A DNA stretch of 64,000 nt, from the NCBI RefSeq assembly GCF_009914755.1, contig NC_060934.1. The stretch is one strand, 5' to 3'. This stretch comes from the human T2T-CHM13v2.0 reference genome, Homo sapiens. The notes under the pieces were generated by a model, which did no database searches, was not told where the DNA came from, and was given only the letters and a program-made list of their open reading frames with translations. Made by a program: the position numbers and the translations under genes. Shown here one piece after another: positions 16,965 through 28,900 of this stretch (positions are counted from its first letter, which is position 1; each line of letters starts with the position of its first letter).

Positions 16965-17062
16965 CCTATTTATTTCTAAAAAAAAAAAGAAAAGAAAGTG
17001 TTACCTGTGTCTTTGTCTCACATGAATGTGCTTCATACAACTGTAGTGCTGCCAAGGTTGGC

Positions 17063-17355
17063 TTTATTTTTTGGAGACAAGGTTTCACTGTCACCCAGGC
17101 TAGAGGGCAATGGCATGATCATCACTCACTGTAGCCTTGACTTCCTGGGCTCAAGTGATCCTCCCACCTCAGCCTCCCGAGTAGCTGGGACCACAGGTGT
17201 GTGCCACCATGCCTGGCTAATTTTTCTGTATATTCTGTAGAGACAGAGTTTCTCTACATTGCCCAGCCTAGTCTCTAACTCCTGAGCTCAAATGATCCTC
17301 CCGCCTTGGCCTCCCAAAGTGTTGGAAATACAGGCATGAGCTGTCCCTGCATCGG
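17063..17355 (-). mobile_element. Alu (AluJ-like)
   Basis: Reverse-complement Alu with J-type cactgtagccttgacttcctgggctcaag. Confidence 0.9.
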
Positions 17356-18117
17356 GTGAACATTTTTCAACCCTTGACCCATGAAAATAAGCAGAGGCAG
17401 GAATGTAACATAACAGCATAGTCCATACCTCCGCATCTGGCGTCTTCTGTCCTTCAGTCCTCCAGTCATCAGATCAAAGCACACTTGGAAAATTTTAAGT
17501 CAGAAGTGGAGCAGATGGGAGACCACTGTCTGAATCTCGTTTGCCATCAATATAGGTATTGATAATCCTTTACTAGCATATATGCTAGGAACGGGGTCCT
17601 GCTAATCCCTCTTGTGAACAATACGCTTATTTCTCAACCTCCAGCCTCTGCCCCTTTCCTGGCCTTTGCTGGGGGACCAACTCATTCAGACTGAGTTGTG
17701 ACATGGCTAGATTCCTGTTCCAAGTGACCCCGGCATTTACAAGTCAGCTTAGTACTTGAGTTAGGAGACACAGGTGAGAACTATTAGGAAGAAGGCTTCC
17801 CAGTCTCTGCATAGTGACATATGTGAGGTAAAATTTGTGTGGCATTCTCGTGGGGGTAGAGATGAGGCTGCTCTTAGTGCCCCCTTCTTCATGACAGCGT
17901 GGGAATATTCTGTCCTAGAGAGTTCCTGGCTGGGGAACTGACTGTGCAAACCATCTCTTAACTGCTCCAGTAATAAATAGCCTGCCAGGTCCTAAGCTGC
18001 CTGTGTCTTCTCTCTTGTGGAGTAAACCAGGCAAGCCCTAAGAACTTTGCTAAGATTTTAAGAAACTGAAGAGACCATCAGGATTTGGGATCTGCCATAT
18101 CTGATATGATAGGCCTG

Positions 18118-18604
18118 TGTATTATGATTCTCCAGAGAAACAGAACCAATACACACAAAGAGATTTCTTATAAGGAATTGGCTCATGTGATTATGGAGGC
18201 TGACAAGTCCCAAGATCTGTAGTTGGCAAGCTGGAGAACCAGGAAAGCAGATGGTATTGTTGCACACCGGAGGCTTGTAGCCTTGAGACCTAAGGAGAGT
18301 GGATGTTTCAGTTTAAGTCCGAAAGCAGGAAAAGACCAATGTCCCACCTCAAGGCAGTCAGGCAGGAGGACTTCCCTTTTATTTGGAAGAGGGTCAGCCC
18401 TTTTTAGCCCTTTTTTTCTGTACAGGCCTTCACCTGGTTGAATGAGGCCACCCATGTTAGGGAAGACAGTCGGCTTTACTCAGTCTACTGATTCAAATGT
18501 TATCCTCATTCAGAAACACCCTCACAGACACACCCGGAATGTTTGACCAAATGCCTGGGCACCCCATGGCCCAATCAAGTTGACACCTAACATTAGCCAT
18601 CACA
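18118..18604 (-). mobile_element. MLT2-family (ERVL) solo LTR
   Basis: Minus strand begins TGTGATGGCTAATGTTAGGTGTCAACTTGA and ends CTGTTTCTCTGGAGAATCATAATACA. Flanks gcctg/gccag resemble a 5-bp TSD. Confidence 0.85.
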
Positions 18605-18619
18605 GCCAGGAAGAAAATA

Positions 18620-18837
18620 TAGGTTGAGTATCCCTTATCTGAAAGGTGTGAGACCAGAAGTGTTTCAGATTTTGGATTTTGGAATATTTGCATTATACTG
18701 ACAAGTTGAGCATCTCTAATCTGAAAATCAGAAATCTAAAATGATCCAATGAGTATTTCCTTTGGGCATCTCATGTTGGCATTCAAAAAGTTTCAGATTT
18801 TGGATTTCCAATTTTCAAATTAGGGATGTTCAACCTG
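18620..18837. mobile_element. Tigger4/MER46-like TcMar MITE
   Basis: Terminal inverted repeats aggttgagtatccct...agggatgttcaacct flanked by TA. Confidence 0.85.
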
Positions 18838-19331
18838 TAATATGGCCCCAGACTGCCTTTCTAGACATAGGTTCCACAATGCATATAATACCTGTGCCCT
18901 TCACACCCTTATCTGTGTTCATGGTGTTCTCTCAGCCATCTCTGCCTCCCAAGAATCCTACCCAGGTCTTCAAGGCATAACTCAAAGCCTCCAGATTTGC
19001 CCTTTTCACCATTAATACTTGCGTTCCCTTTAGCTCATTTCTTATCCTGCCACCTAGCATTAATTCACTCTAGTAATAGTTAATTAGTACTAGTTAATTG
19101 GTAATTGGTAATAGTTAATTGTGTTCCTGTTTGATGATAATCAAATGGTATCCCCTAGATGATAATGAATCTGAAGGCAAGGTGGTCTGGTCCCTGTCAT
19201 TTTCCAGTACCTTGAACAGAGGAAGTGCCTAGCACAGAGGAAGTGCTTTCATTTAAATGCCTATTGACTCCAATTTGGATTGACCTGTGGAAAAGAAGTT
19301 TCTAGAGCCTGAGACCAAGTGATATAATAGT

Positions 19332-19521
19332 TTTATTTGAGACATAAAAACACATGTGTTTCTATTACATAGTGTGGGGTTTAGGGTCCTGGTTTCTAAG
19401 ACAAGACTTTATTTCACCCTGTATCACAGCTTCCTGGGAAATGAATTAGGGAGCAAGAGACGGCCTGGCAAGAAAATCATTATTGTTGCTGGGAAGTTGC
19501 AAAGAAAGGGGAGAGTTTATT
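19332..19521 (-). terminator. PCBD1: Three tandem AATAAA poly(A) signals of PCBD1 (19516-21, 19408-13, 19332-37)
   Basis: TTTATT on the + strand at the three positions, about 230-420 nt past the stop codon. Confidence 0.75.
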
Positions 19522-19754
19522 CAAATTAGTGTAACAGAGCCCCCAGGATGAAGAGAGTGGTGCAGGGAAAAGGTCTAAATTCCTGGTGTTGGTGGGGACA
19601 CTGGCACATCCCACAGCAAGGACTCAGCCCTCAACGGCGGCGGCTGGGTCTTGGGAGGGGAGTGGTGGGAGGGTAAGGGCTCCTCAGCTCCCTCCCTGGA
19701 CTCCCAGTTCAGTCACCCTTTCCCCCGGAAGAATTCAAAGAGGAAGGGCAGGGT

Positions 19755-19853
19755 CTATGTCATGGACACTGCTACTTGTTCGATGAAGCTGGCCAGGTTT
19801 ATGTCCCGTTCTGAAAGGCCGGCACACTCATGGGTGCTCAGCGTGATGTGGAC
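19755..19853 (-). CDS. PCBD1: PCBD1 exon 4, coding part, [32 protein letters not shown]
   Basis: catttcag acceptor, TAG at 19757-19755. Total protein 1+44+27+32 = 104 aa. Confidence 0.97.
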   Translation of the reverse strand, partial: VHITLSTHECAGLSERDINLASFIEQVAVSMT

Positions 19854-20249
19854 CTGAAATGAAACCAGAAATTCTGCTTCCACTGACTTCACTTAAGAAC
19901 AGGAGGGAGTCACTAGCTGCTGGGCTCAGCCCTGCTAGGAGCTCCAGAATAGCAGCTGGCCAGTACGATCTCTCCTGGGGACTCCTTCCTGACATGTCTG
20001 TAACAACATCTTCTACATCTCCCCTTTGCTGTCTCTCAAAAATAATCATGACTTCAGCTATAGAATAAAAGCTTAATATCTGAATGTCAAGAGCAACCTA
20101 AAAGCTAAAGACAAAACCAAAAACCAATGCCAACTCCTAAACACTATCCATTCATAGACGACCTCTTCCACCCTTACTGTTTTTATAAACAGAGACCAGC
20201 AGAGCTTTTGGCACATGGTAGACATTTAATGACTGTTTCTATTCATTAA

Positions 20250-20550
<301 letters not shown>

Positions 20551-20900
20551 TATGTGTGTATTCTTAGTTCAAGTTTATTACTTTTTCATTCTTCCATACC
20601 TCCAGCAAGATTAAAGCCATTTAGAGCTATGAACACTGAATAAGTATGCCTGATTCCCACAGCCTTTCCTTTCTTGGGTTTTGCCTTCTTAATGTCTACT
20701 TAAATGTCTACTTTAACCACAACTATCTCATGCATCTTTTAATTTGCATTTCTTTATAGTAAGACTGATTTTTTTTTCCCAGGGGTATTTATGTTGATTC
20801 TAGGCATGTGCAATCTCAGTGAGATTGGAAATGAGATGAGTGGATGACCTATGGGTCAGGAAGGCTCATTGTTAAGTCCAAAAGCCTTCAGAATGTGTCA

Positions 20901-21038
<138 letters not shown>

Positions 21039-21564
21039 CTATTTAAGTGGAGTGAGAGCCAGGTTAGTGTTCTAAGAGAAAGGACTTCTGGACATCACCA
21101 ATTCAAGGCCTAGACGCAGGAGGATGAATTAGCTTCCCCCCAGGAGACTCCTCTATAATCATTTCCCCCTTGACATCCTGTCACTGGTTCTCAGGCTTGA
21201 GTTAGAGATTGTCCTTGCAGTAGGAAGAAAGTCTTGCTATTTAGGATGCCAACAAGGTGGAAACACCACAACAGGCTTTTGGCCTGGCCAGTCTTGGCCG
21301 TCTGTTCAAATGTCTTCAGATGTGCATGGTTTCCACTTGAACTATCTCCTCAGAAGACTGCTGCTAAAAGTTCCAGGAAGGGAGAGCCCAAGACACATCC
21401 TCCTATGGCTCTCCAATCCCCAAAGATGATACTTTCTGAGTTAGACAGGAAAATTAATTTCCCCACTGGCACAGTGCCCAAATAACTGGATGAGTGTGGT
21501 GTCTGAGAGTCTTGGCTAACAAGACGTGAAGGGAGAGAACATGCTTTGTAAGGTGACCCCATCA

Positions 21565-21735
<171 letters not shown>

Positions 21736-24336
21736 CTAGAAGAGGGAAAAAAACAGAGGCCCAAGGGCATTTCTCTTTATAGGTCAAAACAGAGGGGCTC
21801 CAACCTTTAGGGGAACTTAGCTTCCACTGGCTGCTTTGGACGTGGGTGACCAAAGGGCAGCAGGTCTTTGAGCAATAGGCTGGGAGGCCTCAAGGGTGGC
21901 ACCCTGCCCAGGAGGTGGGGTCCAGGCTCGTCTGCCGATAGGCCCTCAGGTCTTGGGTTTTAACACTCCACACACACACAAGGGAAATCACAAAAGCAAT
22001 GTAATTCATATGACGGGGACAGAGAAGCACTCTTCCCCCACCCTGCCCTCAAAGCCTTACGGACCTTCCCTCCATGAGATTATTACATCAGTGAGGGCGT
22101 AAAAGCAAAATAAATCCCAGATGCAAATATGTTACTCCACAACCTCTCAGGAAGAGTACCCATGACTCTCCCCCCTTCCTTTTCCTATTATGTACTTCAT
22201 CATATGCACCCCACGTCCCTACCGTAACTTTCACGTGTATTGAAGAGGAAACAGGCCTAGAGAGGGGAAACGACTTGTCTGCTGTTCTTTCCCGCCCACC
22301 CCTAGCCAGTGATGGCGCAGTGTTGTCTGTGTGTCAGCATTGCTGGGGCTGGACGAAGGAGCTACATTTAAAATAAGTGTCCATCCCATTCTTAGCCACA
22401 CTGCAGCTGACCGCCGTTGGCACTACCTCTAGTAGGTCCTCAGTCATGCTCCCAGGCAGCCTCTGGTCCTGAGCCGCCAGGGCTAGGTTTCTCTGGTTTT
22501 CCGTCTGCTTTTCTGGCTGGTTGGGAAGCTCAGGCCAAAGTGGAAGGAACTTGGCCAAAGGCAGCTGGCAAACCTAGTGCCCCATCCTATTTACCTAATG
22601 TGCGAAGTGCCCTCAAGGCAGCCCAAATTGGCACAATTCAGGCCATGAGTGGAACCTCAGAGAAAGCAAGGAAGCAAGGGTCAGTTTCATCCTAGGAGGA
22701 TCCAGGTCTAGGAGCTTAACAGATCCCAGAACCTAGGCTTCTAGAGTAGCACCACCCCAGGGCAGAAATAGAGTGCTGAATTGAAAAGATACCCTTAGGG
22801 GTGGGGAGGGAATGTGAGGGAGGTTGATTTAGCTTTTATGAGGCAGCCTGCAGACTGGACACCATGTGTTGATTGGCAGGAGTTTTGAGACCCGCTTTCA
22901 CCATTTACCAGCCAGGTGGCTGTACCTCTCTTGGCAGAACCTCCACCTCCACAGATCATCATGAGGTGCCAATGGGACACTTTAGGAAACTCCACTGCTA
23001 TAAAGCAAATGTCATCTGCATTACAAAAAAAAAACTTCCTAAGGCAAGCAGGCTTGTGATGGGCCTGGTAGCATTTGGGGTAGCTGAAGCATCGCAGTGC
23101 TTTCCTAAGTCCGTCTTTTTTCCCTGCTGTTTTCCCTCCTGAAAACGTGAGCTCTCTCTGGACTGATGTAGCTTGGCCCCTCTCTTCCCCTCGGCTCTGG
23201 ATGACTATAGGGATTGAATGGCAGCAGCGATTTGCATCATCTGCCCAGTAGGTAGGTCTCTACTCCAGAGCTGGCCTTCTCCCCGTGGCTGACCGCCTGG
23301 TCCGTGTATCTAGACAACCAGAAGTCAGCCAAAGCATCAGAGCCCACTGTTTACTTCCTTGGCTCTTAAAGGGGTGGGTGAGTCCAGGTGAGCTCTTAGG
23401 AGGCTTCCCTTTCTCGGTAGAGCCTTCTGGAACCCCCCAGGTCGCACAGCCTGCGGCTGAACTGACAAACCTTCCAGGTGCTGGCTCTGGAGACAGAGAG
23501 GGGGACGCTGCCCCGTTTGCCTCCTCTGGCGAGGTGTGGGGAGTGGTTACCGATTTCCCAAGCCTGCATCTCTGGGACCTCAGCGCCCCTCACAAACAGC
23601 CCCACTCATCCTCCCTCCCCCAAGTCCCTCTCCTATCAAAAGGCCCTCCCAGTCTTGCCTGCTCCGAAGGCCTGTGGACCAGAAATGGTCTGATGAAGCT
23701 CGCGAGCTTACAGCAGAGCAAGGGCCCCGCCCCCGCCCCCGCCCCGGGGGTGGGTGGGGGAAGCTCACGGGAGGAGGGCTGCTCCAGCGCCACCAAGCCC
23801 CCGTGGCCTGGCACGGGCCTCAAGCCGGCGCGGGGACTGGCTCTGGGGCCAGCATACCGGCGCAGAGCGTGAGTCCCAGGCAGACCCCGTACCCAGAGTG
23901 CCAGCGGGAAGGGGCAGCGGACAGGCACGCACACGAGCGCGCAAACTCAGCCTCCCTCTCGCTCCCACCCCAGTATAAAGCAGAATCGGGCCACCAAGGG
24001 GACGAGATCCGTGGACTCCTCCACGACTGTCTTCCCCGGCCCAGGAAGGTCGTAGGCCCCGCCCCCGGAAGGGTCCCGGAACAAGCACTGGCCGGGGTCA
24101 GGGCAGGCCTGGCCTCCCAACTGGGTGGGATGTGGACCCGCCACCGCCCCTCTCAGGGCTTCAGCTTCCCCTCCCCGCCGCCGGCGACAGAGAGCCGGGC
24201 AGAGACCCCACTTTCGGACCCCGGCGGCTCCGCAGGGGACTCGAAAAGACTTTCCCCCGCCCCTTCCCGCTCCCACCTCGCCCGCGGCTGCCCCGGCCCC
24301 GCTGCCCCGATCGCGGCCGCGCACCCCTGGACTCAC

Positions 24337-24339
24337 CAT
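24337..24339 (-). CDS. PCBD1: PCBD1 exon 1, coding part: start codon only (ATG|gtgagt)
   Basis: Minus strand reads ccgcccgcgccATG|gtgagt: strong Kozak context directly followed by a consensus donor, inside the CpG island. Confidence 0.95.
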
Positions 24340-24435
24340 GGCGCGGGCGGCAGCAGGTGGCCAGCGGAGAGGGCAGGCGGCGGCCGGGCGCGCAGGCTGC
24401 CGTCCCGGGGCGGGGCCGCGCTCGGGCCGCCCTCC

Positions 24436-24448
24436 GGTAATGATTAAC
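24436..24448. promoter_or_regulatory. HNF1A/HNF1B-type binding site GGTAATGATTAAC
   Basis: One mismatch to the 13-bp palindromic consensus GTTAATNATTAAC, ~100 bp upstream of the PCBD1 ATG. Confidence 0.7.
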
Positions 24449-24639
24449 GTCCCCAGCCAGGGACGCGCTCTGCCTGCTTGCTTCCAGCACTTTCCTCGCT
24501 GCTCAGAGCCATCCTCCGTGCTTGTTTCAGGGAGCTAGGGTGAAGCATGAGGGCTCCAAATGCCCGCTTCTGGGTTGGAATCCCACCCCGCCGCTTACAG
24601 CTGGGTGGCCCTGGGCGCCAGAATACCTATTTTTTTCTT

Positions 24640-25990
24640 TATAAAAATCTCTTATTTGGATATAATTGACATGCAATAAATTGCACATATTCAACGTGTA
24701 CAATTTGATAAATTTTAATGTTTCCCTCGTGAGACCATCACCGAGATCAACATTATGAACATATCATCATCCCTGCAAGTTTTCCCTTGCCCTTTGGTAA
24801 CCCCTTCCTCCCGAAACCACCTGGCCAGGCAAGCACTGATGTACTTTAGGTCACTATAAATTAGTTTGCATTTTCTAGAATTTTATGTAAATGGACCATA
24901 GAGTATATACTAGGCAGGATAACTGTTTTGGGGTTCAGCCATGTTGTTGCCTATATCAATGGTTTCTTCCTTTTATGGCTAAGTAAAATTTATTTTATAG
25001 TATTGCATTGTACAGATAGACTACAATTTGTTTAGCGATTCACTATTGGACATTTGCGTTGTTTACCTTTTGGCTATTACAAATAAAGCTGCTGCGAATA
25101 TGGTGCACAAATCTTCGAAAGTACGTATGTTTTAATTTTCCTTGAGTAAACACTTAGGAATGGAATGCCTGGGTCATGTGGTAGGTGGACTTTTATAACT
25201 TATTAGGAAACTGCCATACTGTTTTGCAAAATGGTTGTATCATTTTATATTCCTAGCAGCAGTGTATGAAGGTTGCAGTTCTCTGTCCTCACCAACACTT
25301 GATATAGTCAGCCTTTTAAATTTTAATTGGTGTGTAGCAGTATCTCATTGTGGTTTTGAGTTTCCTTGATTAGTAATTGTATTGAATGTCTTTTCATGTA
25401 CTTATTTGCTAAGGATAAGTTTTTTTTATTGAATAGCATGTTTGAATTTCCTGCCCATTAAAAAAGAAATTGGGTTGTCTTCTTATCGAGTTTTGAGGGT
25501 GTTTTATTCTGGATATAAGGACATGATCAGGCAGTGATTTGCAAATATTTTCTTTGCATTATCTTATGGTGCCTTTCAAAGAGCAAACGTTCTTAATTTT
25601 GATGAAATCCAATATATCAAATGTTTCTTTTATGGATTTCTATTTTGATGTTGTACACATAGAAATCTTGGCCTAACCCAAGATCAAAAGTTTTCTCCTA
25701 TGTTTTATAGCTTTTGGTTTTACATTTAGTCTGTGATCCACTTTGAGTAAATATTTTTATATGCTTCAAGTTATAGATCCAGATGCACTTTTGCACATGG
25801 CGACTCAGTTATTCCTTTCTCCACTGAGTTGTCTTTGCACCTTTGTAAAATATCAATTGACTGTATACATGTGGGTTTATTTCTGAGCCCTTTCTTCTGT
25901 TCCATTGATCTGTTTGTCTGTCATGACAGAACACTACCTTGTCTTGATTATTATAGCTTTATAATAAGTCTTAGAGTCAGATTAGAAAAG
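24640..25990 (-). mobile_element. Old L1 (L1M) 3' fragment
   Basis: T-rich antisense L1 3'UTR/ORF2 hallmarks (aaataaagctgc, gggtcatgtggtagg, caccaacacttg, tttgcaaatattttc). Confidence 0.8.
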
Positions 25991-26727
25991 TCCTCTCACA
26001 TTTCACATTTTTCTATTAACTTTTATTCTTGTGCTCCACTTTTATTCCCCGCCCCCCACCACCGCCCATAGCAGCCTCTCTAATGTGTTAATGTGGATTT
26101 TTGTTTGCACAGGTTCTTGCAAAATGTGTGGTGTTGTTTCGTCTATGTGTATTTTTAAATTTATGTAAATGGTATTATGTAAATATATTACATTTCTCAG
26201 TCTGTTTCTTACAAAACAGAGTATTTAGTGGAAAATTAAGATCTACCCATGTTGCTATATGTATATTCAATCTGTAGCTTTTAACTGCAGCCTAGTATTT
26301 TGTAATGAGAGTCTGCCATGGGTTTCTTGTTCTATCAGTGATGGACACTCAGGTTCCCTTCAACTTTCTGCTGCTACCACCACCTCCCAAGCCCGTGAGC
26401 ATGTGGGCACACAAACACATACGTACACAGAGTTAAACAACAATGCTGCTGCAGTGAACATCTCTAATTGCTCCCTGGGCTGTGGGCAGTTTCTTAGGCA
26501 ACTTAAGTATATCCATACCCTATAAATCCAGCAATTCCCCCCATGGGTGTGTATCTCAAAATAGTTCTAGATGATGTCCAGGATGGGGACACCAGTCCTC
26601 ATTCTCTCCTGCATGGTGTGAGAGGGTACTATTTCCATATGCATCTTACACATACATACTCACACTTCCCATTAGCCAGCTTTTTATTTTTTTGTCAGGC
26701 TAATAGCTATAAAATGAGAGCTTGTTG

Positions 26728-27652
26728 TGATGCAGGATTTTTCTTGACCCCTTTGCTGAGGTTGCAGCAGGGAGTGCCTTATCTACTCAGCTTGCCAGGC
26801 CCCATCTGGCTTGTGTTACAGCCCATGGCTCACAAGGCCACTGCGACTGTATGCTCAGCCCCTGGCGGGAGGGAGCATGTGACCGAGTGAATGCAGGGTC
26901 CAGCCAGCTGCACTGAGCCATGACACAGGAGCAGGCTCTGTGTGGGGCCCACAGCCAGATCAGGTGTGTCACCCCAAGGAGACTGTGGCAGCACCCAGGC
27001 AGGGGTGCCTGAAGCCCCAGAGAGGGGTGTTACAGTGTGCTAAATAGCTCTTTTATCTCCACCATCTGCAGCCTGATGGACAGCGGCATGTTGGCAGCTC
27101 AGGCGGCCCCTTTCTCCACTCTGGCCCGTGGCTCCTGGACCAGCTTGGCCCTGCTGCGGCTTCTGTTCTGTGGGGCAGCTGCCCTCCACCAGTGAGGGTA
27201 GAGGGCCAGCGTTACAGCCTTTGTGGGTGCCCACATTTGGTGGGTCCTGAGCTCTTGTTCTGCATCCAAGAAGAATGAGGTCATGCTGACAGTTGAAGGG
27301 TGATGAGGATGGAGAATTTTATTGACGATGAAACAGCTCTCAGTGGAGAGGGATTGAGAAGGTGGGGTTGTCTATCTCAGTGTGGCTGAGTCTAGGGGGT
27401 TTTATAGGCACAGGATTGGGGAGGGGCGGGCTGTAGGTAGTATTAGAAAAGGCAACATTTGATTGGTTAAAAAGCATTATTCAGAAAGAACCAATCAGGA
27501 AAGGGTGGGCAAACAGGAACAGAAGTTCTCACCCTGGGTTGAGGGGTTTCATCCCAAACCAGCAGTCCAGGCTGTTTTTGGCTTGAAGGTGGGGTTTCAC
27601 TGGGGACCCACCCCCATCTGCCTAGGAAATTGTCTGCCTCCTGCCGCTTTCA
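26728..27652 (-). mobile_element. ERV1 LTR, MER52/LTR27-28-like
   Basis: Minus strand TGAAAGCGGCAGGAGGCAGACAA...GAAAAATCCTGCATCA, TG..CA ends, near-TSD gttg/attg, internal TATAAAA, inserted into old L1. Confidence 0.8.
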
Positions 27653-28099
27653 ATTGTTTTACTCTACATTGTTTTCTGATGACTAATGATTTTGAGAACC
27701 TCTTCATATGCTTGTTACCATTTGGGGGTTACTATTTGTGAACTGCTTTTTAATATCCTTTGCCAATTTTTGAGAATTTTTAGTGCTCTCTTTTTTTTAG
27801 TTGGTTTGTGGGTGTTTATATAAAATCTAGACATTAATTGCTTGTCAGTTTTGATATTGCAAATATCTCCTCCCATTCTGCCATCTGTATACTGACTTCT
27901 TGCATGAGATCCATGATGTCTGTGGGCAGAAATCTTATATTTTGGTGTAATAAGATTTATCTTTTTTCCCTCTGCCTTATAATTTTGTGCATTTGAAAAT
28001 TTATTTGATAAGTCCTCTCCCCACCCTGCTACAAAAATATACTCCCTTTTCTTTTGTTAACTTTATAGTTAGATAGATTTAAGACCTAAATGTGAAAGG

Positions 28100-28900
28100 T
28101 CCCTTTTGGTATGTAGTGTTAGGCAGGATGTTAGTCTCCAAAGATAGCCCCCAATGAACCATGACTCCCAATATTCACACCCTGCATAGTTCTCACCCAT
28201 GTTGAATCTGGGATGGCCCAGTATGACCAGTCAAATATGGCAGAAATGTCACCATGTGACTTTGTTTTGATACAGTGTCTTGCTCTGTCGCCCAGGCTGG
28301 AGTGCAGTGGTGCAATCATAGCTCATTGCAGCCTTGACCTCCTGGGCTCAAGTGATCCTCCTGCCTCAGCTCCCCCAGGTAGTCACCATGCCTGGATAAT
28401 GTTTTAAATTTTTTACAGAGACAGGATATTTCTATGTTGCCAGGCTGGTCTCAAATTCTTGGGCTCAAATGTTGGGCCTTGGCCTCCCAAGTGTGGGATT
28501 CCAGGTGTGAGCCACCACATCCAGCTATAACTTCTAAGACTAAGCCAAAGAAACTCTGGGAACTGTTCATCATTCTCCAGCCACGTGAGTGAGACTCTTG
28601 GATGCTCAGACCTGCCAAACCTTCAGATGACTTCAGCCCCAGGAGACATCTGACTTCAATCCCACGTGAGGCCCCAAGTGAGACCAGTCAACCCGTGGAA
28701 GCATGAGAAATCATAATTTTTGTTTTAAGCCACTCAGCGTGATGATTTGTTCTGCAGCAATAGGAACAAATGGCAGGAACAAAATTTGGTGCCTGAAAGT
28801 GGAATGTTGCTATAAAAGCAACCTAAAATGTGTAGCGTTAGGTTGAGAATGGGTGGTGAGAGACGGTGGAAGGAAAGACTTAAGGACAGCAAGAAGTATT
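28100..28900 (+). mobile_element. MLT1 (MaLR) LTR plus start of internal region, split by an AluJ
   Basis: ccaaagatagcccc start, ttttaagccact...ttgttctgcagcaatag end, then MLT-int-like tttggtgcctgaaagtgg..ctaaaatgtg. Confidence 0.65.
28261..28525 (-). mobile_element. AluJ-like element with internal deletion
   Basis: Reverse-complement Alu arms inside the MLT1 LTR. Confidence 0.85.

Larger units (their letters stand above)
23680..24620. promoter_or_regulatory. PCBD1: CpG island / PCBD1 promoter, exon 1 and 5' part of intron 1
   Basis: Very high GC and CpG density, GC box GGGGCGGGGC at 24407-24416, ATG at 24339. Boundaries approximate. Confidence 0.9.

Noticed and set aside
24350-24365. CTCF-like GCAGCAGGTGGC in the PCBD1 5'UTR
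   Set aside because: Imperfect match in GC-rich sequence where such hits are common. Cannot be supported without ChIP data.
23536-24447. 303-aa + strand ORF (and overlapping 100-195 aa ORFs) antisense to PCBD1
   Set aside because: Lies in a CpG island where stop codons are rare. It starts at GTG, has Pro/Gly/Arg/Ala-biased composition and no recognisable domain.
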